The notes under the pieces are model-generated. The model was not told where the DNA came from and made no database searches. It was given only the letters and a program-made list of their open reading frames with translations. Source: Fimbriimonadales bacterium (GTDB lineage Bacteria; Armatimonadota; Fimbriimonadia; Fimbriimonadales; ATM1). Taken from it: a stretch of 23,595 bases of DNA. The DNA lies in the NCBI GenBank assembly GCA_051003155.1, contig JBPCLO010000014.1, positions 1-23,595 on the forward strand, given 5' to 3'. Position numbers and translations under genes: made by a program. This document shows positions 15,990 through 23,595 of the stretch, in pieces. Numbering within the stretch: the first letter of the stretch is position 1; each line of letters opens with the position of its first letter.

Positions 15990-17387
15990 CTAATCCGAGC
16001 CGGGAATTCCCGGCTCGGTCAGCTTAGCCGGATCGAGCGCCGAGGCAAGGGTGGCCTCATCCAAAAGGCCCATCTCACGCACAATATCCGGGATGGTTTT
16101 TCCCGAAGCGAGCGACGCCTTGACGACCTCCGCGGCCTTTTTGTAGCCTATCAGGGGGTTGAGAGCGGTGGCGAGGGATGGCGAGATTTCCGCGTAACGG
16201 CGGCATCGATCCTCGTTGGCTGCTATACCTTCGATGCAGTTCACACGAAAGGTCTTCAGCGTATTTGTGAGAATCTGGAGCATAAACTGGCTGCTGAAGG
16301 CCATCGAGGGCATCATGACGTTCAGTTCGAGTTGGCCGGCTTGGACGCACAGGTCGATGGCGTGGCACTGGCCGAGGACCTGGAACAGCACGAGGTTCAT
16401 GTTTTCGGCCATCGAGGGGTTCACCTTGCCGGGCATGATGCTGCTGCCAGGTTGGACCGCGGGTAGAACGATTTCGGCGATTCCCGTGAGCGGGCCGGAA
16501 GCCAACAGTCGCAAGTCATTGGTGATGCGGGTCAGTTCGAGGGCGAAGAGCCTGACCGAAGCGGCGAGGGCGCTCATAGCGTATTGCGACTGCATCGATT
16601 CGCGCATGTCCGCGGTGGGCGTGAATGGTATATCGGTCCACTCCTTAAGGAGAGCCACGACGCGGGCACGGTAGATCGGGTGTGTGTTGATGCCGGTACC
16701 GGCGGCGCTGCCCCCAATGCCCAGTTCTTCGAGCTCCGTCGCCGCGAACGCGATCCAACGGCCACTTCTACGAATCGCGGCCGCGTAGGCTTCGAATTCC
16801 TGACCAAGCCTAATCGGAACTGCATCTTGCAAATGCGTGCGTCCGGATTTCAGGATGTGGTCGAACTCTTTGCCCTTGTCGGCAAACGCGGCGCCGAGGA
16901 GGTCGACCTGCTCTGTGAGATCGCTGAGCAGCATGCGGGACATGACGCGCATGGCGGTGGGGAAAGTATCGTTCGTCGATTGGCCGTAGTTGACATGGTC
17001 GTTCGGGTTGATCAACTTGTATTCGCCCTTCTTGCCGCCGAGCATCTCCTCTGCGCGATTGGCGAGCACCTCGTTGACGTTCATGTTGAAACTCGTTCCC
17101 GCACCCATGTGGAACACGTCGACGGGGAACTGGTCGCGCAGCCGTCCACCAAGAATTTCGTCGGCCGCGGCGATGATGGCATCCGCTTTCGCCGGTTCGA
17201 GGAGTCCGAGTTCCTTGTTCGCGACAGCCGCGGCCTTCTTGATCATCACGTATGCGTCGATCATGCCGGGGTGCTCGGTCAGGCCGGTGATTTGAAAGAG
17301 CTTGCGGCTTCGTTCGGCTTGGCTGCCCCAATAGGCATGTTCCGGGACGAGCACGTCCCCCAAACTGTCCTTCTCAGTGCGGTCCAT
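15990..17387 (-). CDS. aspA: Aspartate ammonia-lyase (class II fumarase/aspartase superfamily)
   Basis: RTEKDSLG, GAGTSFNMNVNEV, NPNDHVNYGQSTND, KSGRTHLQDAVP and GSSIMPGKVNP motifs. The superfamily is certain; aspA versus fumC is less so. Confidence 0.8.
   Translation of the reverse strand: MDRTEKDSLGDVLVPEHAYWGSQAERSRKLFQITGLTEHPGMIDAYVMIKKAAAVANKELGLLEPAKADAIIAAADEILGGRLRDQFPVDVFHMGAGTSFNMNVNEVLANRAEEMLGGKKGEYKLINPNDHVNYGQSTNDTFPTAMRVMSRMLLSDLTEQVDLLGAAFADKGKEFDHILKSGRTHLQDAVPIRLGQEFEAYAAAIRRSGRWIAFAATELEELGIGGSAAGTGINTHPIYRARVVALLKEWTDIPFTPTADMRESMQSQYAMSALAASVRLFALELTRITNDLRLLASGPLTGIAEIVLPAVQPGSSIMPGKVNPSMAENMNLVLFQVLGQCHAIDLCVQAGQLELNVMMPSMAFSSQFMLQILTNTLKTFRVNCIEGIAANEDRCRRYAEISPSLATALNPLIGYKKAAEVVKASLASGKTIPDIVREMGLLDEATLASALDPAKLTEPGIPGSD
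15995..16018. repeat. Perfect 24-bp palindrome in the last codons of aspA
   Basis: ccgagccgggaattcccggctcgg equals its own reverse complement. Confidence 0.9.
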
Positions 17388-17400
17388 TTGTACCCAGAGT

Positions 17401-17895
17401 CTACCGAAGTGACGGATCGGTCAGGCTGCTTTTGCTTTCCTCTCGAAAGAGGTTTGCGTATTGCTGCGACGCGAACGAGAAGATATAGGTTTGCCTCCGA
17501 TGCCAAATCGCTTTGCAGGCGCGGCCGTCGGTTGCGCAAGACGGTTTGGTACCGGCTACCTTGTTGCTCGCTGAAAACCAGTACGCCGCTGCCATCACCG
17601 GCACGGCCAGAACGAGATAAACAGGCAAATCAGCCACAAGTCCCAATGCGATGCCCCAAATGAAGACATTCGTCGCCACCAGATTTCTGTTCGCGGCCTT
17701 CTGCCACCTTTGCAGGTGCTCGAGGCAAACCGCGCAATAGGGGATCATCAGGGGCTCCGTCTGCATTCCCGCCGGGCGTGCGGGCGGCTCTAGCCGGTAT
17801 TCTGAATCGGCCTCCTCGCCGCAGCAAACGCAAACATTCGGGAAACTAGGACGATCGGTCTCCAGGTAAACCTGATAAGGCAGAAGCCGTGGCAC
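17401..17895 (-). CDS. Hypothetical membrane protein with Zn-ribbon-like Cys pairs
   Basis: FPNVCVCCG...IPYCAVC followed by two TM helices and a FSFASQQYANLFRE tail. GTG start preceded by GGTAAACT at 7 nt. Ends 13 bp before aspA. Confidence 0.75.
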   Translation of the reverse strand: MPRLLPYQVYLETDRPSFPNVCVCCGEEADSEYRLEPPARPAGMQTEPLMIPYCAVCLEHLQRWQKAANRNLVATNVFIWGIALGLVADLPVYLVLAVPVMAAAYWFSASNKVAGTKPSCATDGRACKAIWHRRQTYIFSFASQQYANLFREESKSSLTDPSLR

Positions 17896-17948
17896 TGGAA
17901 GGAGTTTACCGAGTGATTATGAAACTGCCGTACGTCCTCAATATTGGA

Positions 17949-19037
17949 ATGGCTCGCTTACTGTTGCTTTTGTGTTTCCTCGCATTGTCCGCGGGCGTCT
18001 TCGCGCAAACCGTGCTGGCCCCGGGAGACGTCGTGGATCTAGCTTGCGTGGAGGAGCCGACGCTAAACAAGGAGTATACGATTACCGAGACCGGGCTGAT
18101 TTTGCTGCAGTACATCGGCGCGGTCGAAGTGGTCGGCCTCTCCGAGAAGGCAGCCGCGGAAAGGATATCGCATGCGTTCACGACACAGCAGATTCTCCGT
18201 ACGGCGACGATCACGTTGAGGCTCAAGCGCCGCCAGTATCAACCCGTCACATACGGCGGCGCATTGAGGAAAGCCGGCCAGATGCCATGGCGCGAAGGAT
18301 TGAAACTTTCCGACGTGCTGAGGGCCGCCGAGCCCACGGAGGCTGCCGAGCTTGCCCAAATAAGGATTTCCAGGATCGACGGGAACGTGACGAGAGCCAA
18401 CGCGGCCAAAACGCCTCCGGACGACCCGACACTCGAACCGGGCGACCGGATTTTCGTTCCCCTTCGTGTCGGCGGCAACGAGATCACGGTTCTGGGCGCA
18501 GTAATGAAGCAGGGTCTTGTGCCGTTTCCCAACGGCATGACGGTTTCCGAAGCGATTCACGCTGCCGGAGGGCTTCGCGTCGACGGCGACGACACCCGGA
18601 TTGCGGTTACGTTTCGGGCAGGCGGCTCTTCTGTGGCGAACCTTACGGTCCCTGGGTCCGATGTCGCGCTCGCCCCGGGCGATCAGCTGACGGTGCCCCT
18701 TCGGGCGACAACGGATCATGTGTATCTTCGGGGAGCGGTAGCGCGCCCCGGAATGGTGCCGTATGCCCCAGGGCTAACCGTTGCGGCCGCCGTCAGTTCT
18801 GCGATGCCGGTGGAAGGAGCACGCCTCGACAAGGTCAAAATCGTTCGCAAGGGCCCCGACGGAAAGACGAGGACGACACTAGTGAACCTAGCAAAGGTCT
18901 CTCAAGGTGAAGCGCAAGACCAACCCCTCCTCCCGGGCGACGTGGTGGACGTTCCTTACCCTGGCAAAAGCTTCGGCATGCGCGAGAAGCTGCAGTTAGT
19001 AAGCCTCGCACTGTTCATCTATTTCTTATTCAGATAG
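17949..19037 (+). CDS. Polysaccharide biosynthesis/export family protein with three SLBB domains (Wza-like)
   Basis: Probable start is ATG 17949 (MARLLLLLCFLALSAGVFA-Q). Poly_export domain LAPGDVV...G.I.L.YIGAV.V.GLS. Three SLBB repeats (GA...G......G.T...A...A...L.PGD). C-terminal hydrophobic helix. Confidence 0.85.
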   Translation: MARLLLLLCFLALSAGVFAQTVLAPGDVVDLACVEEPTLNKEYTITETGLILLQYIGAVEVVGLSEKAAAERISHAFTTQQILRTATITLRLKRRQYQPVTYGGALRKAGQMPWREGLKLSDVLRAAEPTEAAELAQIRISRIDGNVTRANAAKTPPDDPTLEPGDRIFVPLRVGGNEITVLGAVMKQGLVPFPNGMTVSEAIHAAGGLRVDGDDTRIAVTFRAGGSSVANLTVPGSDVALAPGDQLTVPLRATTDHVYLRGAVARPGMVPYAPGLTVAAAVSSAMPVEGARLDKVKIVRKGPDGKTRTTLVNLAKVSQGEAQDQPLLPGDVVDVPYPGKSFGMREKLQLVSLALFIYFLFR

Positions 19038-19043
19038 CGAGAA

Positions 19044-19745
19044 TTGGCTTACACACACGGTGTCCCGGAACCTATAGCTGCGCTCAATGGGGTTCGCCTC
19101 ATCGAGTCGGGCGAGCCGCTGGTCGATCTACGCGCGGAGATGGGGGATCTCCCCATCCTTCGAGATACAGCTATTCCTTGGGTTCGGAAATCCGTTGCTC
19201 ACATGCTTTCGAACGCTAGGCTCCTGCTGCACGGATACGACATCGGATTGCGTGAAGCGTGGCGCTCGATCGAACGGCAACGGTTTATTTACGACAGGTA
19301 CTTCGATCGATTGCGGCAAGAGCATCCGGGGTGGACATACGCCACGCTCCGGCGCATGACCAATCGCTTCTTCGCACCCTACGACCAAAAGGCGCCCCCG
19401 GGGCATTCGACCGGTGGTGCTATCGACGTTTGGCTGGTCGATTCCAAAGGCGAGTCAGTGGATCTATCGGGCAAGGGTGAGAGGTTCAAAGCAGCGCCGA
19501 CCTTTTCCGCCCGAGTCCCGAGCGAGACACGAAAGCTTCGCATGCTTTTGCACGACGCGATGGCTGCAGCCGGCTTCACGAATTGTCGAGATGAATGGTG
19601 GCACTACAGCTACGGCGATGCCGGCTGGGCCGTTAGGGCTCATGGGCGAATGTGCATCTACGGCGCAACTGAGCCGCCCTTGGACGAGTACGTGCCACAG
19701 GACCGGCAGTTCGTCGAAGCTTTCCTGGCCGACCCACCGTTCTAA
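19044..19745 (+). CDS. D-alanyl-D-alanine dipeptidase, M15D (VanX/DdpX-like)
   Basis: EAWRSIERQ, PGHSTGGAIDV and EWWHYSYGD Zn-binding motifs. Confidence 0.9.
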   Translation: MAYTHGVPEPIAALNGVRLIESGEPLVDLRAEMGDLPILRDTAIPWVRKSVAHMLSNARLLLHGYDIGLREAWRSIERQRFIYDRYFDRLRQEHPGWTYATLRRMTNRFFAPYDQKAPPGHSTGGAIDVWLVDSKGESVDLSGKGERFKAAPTFSARVPSETRKLRMLLHDAMAAAGFTNCRDEWWHYSYGDAGWAVRAHGRMCIYGATEPPLDEYVPQDRQFVEAFLADPPF

Positions 19746-19750
19746 ATAAA

Positions 19751-20401
19751 TCAATGCCCGAGAAGCAACGTCATGATGTAGCTCGCGGGTTGGTAGAGGA
19801 TCGTCCCGAGAATGCCTGGGTGCCCTTGTTGGCGAAGTACCAGGTTGTCGAGGAGGATAATCCCGAAGAGGATCATCGTGCCCGTTGTTCTGCTCCAAAG
19901 CATGAATCGCGCACCCATAGGTTCGGGCATCAGAAGCCCGAGGAGCCAATGGCCGTCTAACGGGCCGATCGGCAGCAGGTTGAACAATGCCAAGCCTACA
20001 TTGAGCAGCACTGCCCAGAAGCAGAATTGAACCGCGAAGCTGCTCATGTCGATTCCGTCCTTGGTTATGACGCGAAAAATGAAAGCGAAGACCACGGCGA
20101 TGATCACGTTTGTGAGTGGCCCCCATGCAACGGATTGAAAGGCGTCCCATCGGGGGTGCTGCATCTTAGCGGGGTTGATCGGGACCGGCTTTCCCCAGCC
20201 GATTCCGAAGCCGGCCAAGGAACTCATTACAATTAGCATTGCGCCTAAGGGGTCAAAATGTGCGACGGGGTTCAACGTAACCCTGCCGAACGAACTCGGT
20301 GTCGGATCGCCCGCGGAATCAGCGGATTTCGCGTGGCCGAATTCGTGCAGCGCGATCGATCCGAAGAGCACGATCAGCTTGATTATAAAGACGCTATCCA
20401 T
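19751..20401 (-). CDS. Site-2 protease family (M50) intramembrane metalloprotease
   Basis: True start is ATG 20401. HEFGH, GDPTP...GRVTLNP, GWGKPVP, GPLTN and [11 protein letters not shown] motifs. Confidence 0.93.
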   Translation of the reverse strand: MDSVFIIKLIVLFGSIALHEFGHAKSADSAGDPTPSSFGRVTLNPVAHFDPLGAMLIVMSSLAGFGIGWGKPVPINPAKMQHPRWDAFQSVAWGPLTNVIIAVVFAFIFRVITKDGIDMSSFAVQFCFWAVLLNVGLALFNLLPIGPLDGHWLLGLLMPEPMGARFMLWSRTTGTMILFGIILLDNLVLRQQGHPGILGTILYQPASYIMTLLLGH

Positions 20402-20444
20402 GGCCGTTCGGGAGTATGGCGTATGCGCTAAACTTGGGGGGCCA

Positions 20445-21815
20445 ATGAGCAAGGGAATCGATCGCAGAGACTTTCTAAAAGCTGTAGGCGCGACCGGCGT
20501 AGGGCTGGCGGCCGGCCAGCTACCGACCTTCGCAGAAGCGCAAACGCCCAAGCCGGCCGGCCAAAGCGCGGCGGGGCTCCGAGCGCCGAAACTCGACAGC
20601 GTGCGCTTGGGCTTCATCGGCGTGGGCGCCCGTGGTTCGGGGCACGTCGAGCAAATGCTCATGATCGAGGGCGTCGAGGTCAAGGCGATCTGCGACACGC
20701 ACGAGCCGACGGCGCAGGCGTCGGTCAAAGGGTGTGTCGATAAGGGGCGGCCTGCTCCGACCGCCTACACCAACGGTCCCGAGGACTACAAGCGGATGCT
20801 CGAGCGGGACGACATCGACGCGGTGATCATCGCGACGCCTTGGGAGTTGCACGTTCCGATGAGCGTGGATACGATGAAAGCCGGCAAGCACGCTTTCGTC
20901 GAAGTTCCGGCAGCAATAACGGTCGACGGCTGCTGGGAGCTTGTCGATACATCCGAGCGGACTCAGCAGCACTGCATGATGATGGAAAACGTCAACTACG
21001 GCCGCGAAGAACTGATGGTTCTGAACATGTGCCGGCAGGGCGTTTTCGGCGAGCTTCTGCACGGTGAAGCGGCGTATATCCACGATCTTCGAGGCCAAAT
21101 GCATGAGGTCGAGCGAGGAACCGGCTCGTGGCGGACGTTGCACTACATGAAGCGGAATGGAAACCTGTATCCGACTCACGGCCTTGGCCCCGTTGCGCAG
21201 TACATGAACATCAACCGTGGCGACCGGATGGATTACATGAGTTCGGTTAGCTCACCGGCAAGAGTTCGGGAGATTTACGCCAAGAAGAACTTCCCCGCGG
21301 ATCACAAATGGAATAAGGCCAAGTTCATCTGCGGTGACATCAACACGAGCATCGTCAGAACGGTGAAGGGCAAGACGCTGATGATCCAATGGGACGAGCA
21401 GCTTCCGCGCCCCTACACGAGGCACAATTTGATCCAAGGAACGAAGGGCGTTTGGGCGGGATTCCCCGACCGGGCGGTGGTCGAAGGGATAAGCCCGTCG
21501 ACCGATTCGTGGCAGCGCGGCGAGGCTCTGAAGCCGTATTACGAGAAGTACGAGCACCCGCTCTGGACACGAATCGGCGAGGAGGCCAAGAAAGCGGGCG
21601 GACATGGGGGCATGGACTTCGTGATGCTCTGGCGCATCGTTTACTGCCTTCGCAACGGCGAGCAGCTCGACCAGGATGTTTACGACGCGGCGTCGTGGTC
21701 GGTGATTACACCTCTCAGCGAGAAATCGGTCGCGAACCGGGGCCGATCGGTGGATGTTCCGGACTTTACGCGCGGCAAGTGGAAGACGATGAAGCCGCTC
21801 GGCATCGTTAGTTAG
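20445..21815 (+). CDS. Tat-exported GH109 alpha-N-acetylgalactosaminidase-like glycoside hydrolase (Gfo/Idh/MocA fold)
   Basis: True start is ATG 20445 ([12 protein letters not shown], twin-arginine signal). [12 protein letters not shown]-binding motif, [28 protein letters not shown] and GGHGGMD. Confidence 0.92.
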   Translation: MSKGIDRRDFLKAVGATGVGLAAGQLPTFAEAQTPKPAGQSAAGLRAPKLDSVRLGFIGVGARGSGHVEQMLMIEGVEVKAICDTHEPTAQASVKGCVDKGRPAPTAYTNGPEDYKRMLERDDIDAVIIATPWELHVPMSVDTMKAGKHAFVEVPAAITVDGCWELVDTSERTQQHCMMMENVNYGREELMVLNMCRQGVFGELLHGEAAYIHDLRGQMHEVERGTGSWRTLHYMKRNGNLYPTHGLGPVAQYMNINRGDRMDYMSSVSSPARVREIYAKKNFPADHKWNKAKFICGDINTSIVRTVKGKTLMIQWDEQLPRPYTRHNLIQGTKGVWAGFPDRAVVEGISPSTDSWQRGEALKPYYEKYEHPLWTRIGEEAKKAGGHGGMDFVMLWRIVYCLRNGEQLDQDVYDAASWSVITPLSEKSVANRGRSVDVPDFTRGKWKTMKPLGIVS

Positions 21816-21894
21816 GGCAACTCCTCATTCCGCCACCTTGTACGGGAAAAGGCTAGTTGGACGCGCGCAGCTGATTGGCGAGCGATCGGCCCTG

Positions 21895-22013
21895 CAAGGT
21901 AAGGCGAGGAAGGTCGGCGTAGTCGCCGTCATGAACAAAATGATGCGCCGAATCGCCGCCTTCGCTAAGCGAGGAACCTCATGGGTCACGGCTTGACTTT
22001 TCATCAAGGTATC
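21895..22013 (+). mobile_element. 3' remnant of an IS110-family element (transposase tail plus right end)
   Basis: QGKARKVGVVAVMNKMMRRIAAFAKRGTSWVTA* matches the IS110 C-terminal pattern GK..KVA.VA.M.K......A....G..W. It is followed at once by cTTGACttttcatcaaggtatc, which resembles IS110 right ends. Confidence 0.7.
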
Positions 22014-22487
22014 CCCACCGATTTTTACTAAGGGCTTTGAACACTATAAAAAGGGATCTGCCCAGATGCCGGTCCATGCGGGAGACGAGGAAGCCTGGCG
22101 ATTCATTCCAGGCGGTTCGGGGTTTCGCCATCGAGCCGATGTATCCCTCGAATCGACAGCGGGTGTGGTAAGAATTAAAACTGAAAAAGCGTTACCTAAC
22201 ATGCTGCCCGCCAATTCGTGTGCGTGCCCTGGCTCGGCGTACGCGATGCGCCGTTTGCGGTCATCTGCCACCAGGCGATTTTACTTGTGCGCAGGCGTAA
22301 GGATGGCGTTCACGGGCACGCTGACTGCGATGTTATCGTGAGTGGGATCAGGAGACGCGTGTCCGTGCCACCGACGTTGGTTGACTATTAGGATGTTATG
22401 TCCACCCCGGCCGCCATTGACTGGTACCCCATAATCTGACCACCCCTGAGTTTTAGTTTCCGTCTCAAGAAACAAGGAGACGCGAAA

Positions 22488-22757
22488 ATGAACAGAGGAA
22501 AACGCTACAGCGAGGACCAGATCATAAGGGTTCTCAAGGAGATCGAGGCGGGTGCGAGCATTGCTGGCGTGGCAAGATCGCACGGGATCACGGAACAGAC
22601 GCTCTACCGCTGGCGCGAGCGCTACGGAGGGATGACGAAAAGCGAGCTCGTGGAGTTGAAGACACTCCAGGAGGAGAACCGCCGCCTAAGGGCCGTGGTG
22701 GCCTCCCAGGCTTTGGACATCGAGGCATACAAAGAGCTTCAGAGGGGAAAATGGTAA
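22488..22757 (+). CDS. IS3 transposase OrfA (HTH)
   Basis: KRYSEDQIIRVLKE...VARSHGITEQTLYRWRERYGGM...LKTLQEENRRL; SD AAGGAG. Confidence 0.93.
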   Translation: MNRGKRYSEDQIIRVLKEIEAGASIAGVARSHGITEQTLYRWRERYGGMTKSELVELKTLQEENRRLRAVVASQALDIEAYKELQRGKW

Positions 22758-22786
22758 GCCCCGCCGCACGACGACGAGCCTGCGGC
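22745..22786 (+). other. Programmed -1 frameshift signal of the IS3 element
   Basis: Slippery heptamer G_GGA_AAA (22745-22751) in the OrfA frame, followed by a gccgca...tgcggc stem (22763-22786). Confidence 0.7.
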
Positions 22787-23569
22787 ACCCTTCTGAATGC
22801 GGGGTTTTCTAGAGTCCGCTCCTGCCGGGCGGCAGACGTTTCTCGGATGGCCAGCCGCAGCTGCAAAAGGGATCCGAACCCGGAGCTTCGCTCGAAAGTT
22901 TTGGAGCTTGCCAAGGAGCATCCCCGGTTCGGCTTTCGCAGGATCCATTGCCTGCTCGAGGGCGTGAATCTAAAGGCGGTGCACAGGATATGGAAAGAGG
23001 AAGGGCTGAGGCTGAACCGCCGCAGGCGTCGGCGTCTCAAAGTGCCTTCTCAGCCTCGCTACGATCTCACCGGGCAGAACCAGGCCTGGTGCATGGACTT
23101 TGCGTCGCAGCGGCTTGAGAACGGCCGCATGGCTCGCGTCCTGGCGGTTCTCGACTGCTTTACGCGAGAATGCCTGCTCCTCAAAGCCGCACCCCACTTT
23201 CCCAGTTCGTCGGTCCAAAGGGAGCTTGAGTGGCTGTTCCTTGTCCATGGCAAACCAGAGCGGCTGGTTTCGGACAACGGCCCCGAGTTTAGGGCACTCG
23301 ATCTTCCCGAAGGGGTCGAGGCGGCTTTCATCCAGCCGGGCTCTCCCTGGCAGAACGGCCACGTCGAGAGCTTTTTCGACAAGCTGCGCGACGAGCTTTT
23401 GAACCGGGAGGTCATGGGCTCTGGCGCCGAGCTTCAGGCAAACCTCGACGAGCATCTGGAGTTCTACAACTATCGCCGTCCGCACCGAAGCTTGCAAGGA
23501 CTAGCCCCTGCAAGCTTCATCGCCCAGCTTTCAATCACAATGCAGGAGGCGGCAGAACTAAAACTCTGA
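22751..23569 (+). CDS. IS3 transposase OrfB (DDE integrase core)
   Basis: HPRFGFRRI, WCMDF (D), SDNGPEF (D), PWQNGHVESF (E) and YNYRRPHRSL motifs. Confidence 0.95.
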   Translation: MVSPAARRRACGTLLNAGFSRVRSCRAADVSRMASRSCKRDPNPELRSKVLELAKEHPRFGFRRIHCLLEGVNLKAVHRIWKEEGLRLNRRRRRRLKVPSQPRYDLTGQNQAWCMDFASQRLENGRMARVLAVLDCFTRECLLLKAAPHFPSSSVQRELEWLFLVHGKPERLVSDNGPEFRALDLPEGVEAAFIQPGSPWQNGHVESFFDKLRDELLNREVMGSGAELQANLDEHLEFYNYRRPHRSLQGLAPASFIAQLSITMQEAAELKL

Positions 23570-23595
23570 CCTGGTCATTAAATGGGGACTAGCCA

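Larger units (their letters stand above)
22418..23595 (+). mobile_element. Complete IS3-family insertion sequence (IS407-group-like), 1178 bp
   Basis: TG...CA termini. IRL tgactggtaccccataatctgacca versus reverse-complemented IRR tggctagtccccatttaatgacca (18/25 with one gap). orfA/orfB in 0/-1 frames. Confidence 0.93.

Noticed and set aside
6507..19745. Vancomycin-resistance cluster (VanW-like and VanX-like genes in one window)
   Set aside because: They lie ~12 kb apart on opposite strands with no vanH/vanA/vanRS. Both families are widespread outside resistance loci.
22014..22417. Short ORFs between the IS110 remnant and IS3 (22066-22341 +, 22044-22271 -, 22281-22417 -)
   Set aside because: No recognisable motif, SD or signal. 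One might be the tail of a gene cut by the IS3, but this cannot be supported without the other flank.

Overview
GC-rich bacterial chromosomal window. The taxon is probably Armatimonadota (Fimbriimonadia-like); this is inferred from the PEP-CTERM genes, a lineage-typical C-terminal domain and SD-less starts preceded by a GGTANNNT -10 box. From left to right: (1) the 3' end of an Ig-like-domain gene, a PorV/FadL-like outer-membrane barrel and a secreted caspase-fold protein lacking its catalytic dyad; (2) a 1.1-kb islet (start-less C-terminal-domain fragment plus a frameshifted PEP-CTERM gene) bounded by a 33-bp att-like direct repeat that duplicates the overlapping 3' ends of the caspase-like gene and coaX; (3) a minus-strand run of a 492-aa polytopic membrane protein, thioester alpha-2-macroglobulin, VanW-family protein, grpE, glmM and coaX; (4) a 2.4-kb stretch of decayed exported-protein genes (barrel remnant, two tandem PEP-CTERM paralogs, SBBP-repeat remnant) with REP-like repeats; (5) aspartase/fumarase-family lyase, Zn-ribbon membrane protein, SLBB/polysaccharide export protein, D-Ala-D-Ala dipeptidase, site-2 protease and a Tat-exported GH109; (6) an IS110 3' remnant and a complete IS3-family element ending exactly at the window edge. 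The best candidate for an undescribed system is the coupled trio of the membrane protein, alpha-2-macroglobulin and VanW protein. By eye, the membrane protein looks like a membrane pyrophosphatase scaffold with its catalytic loops deleted. All homology calls are by-eye motif recognition; no searches were run.
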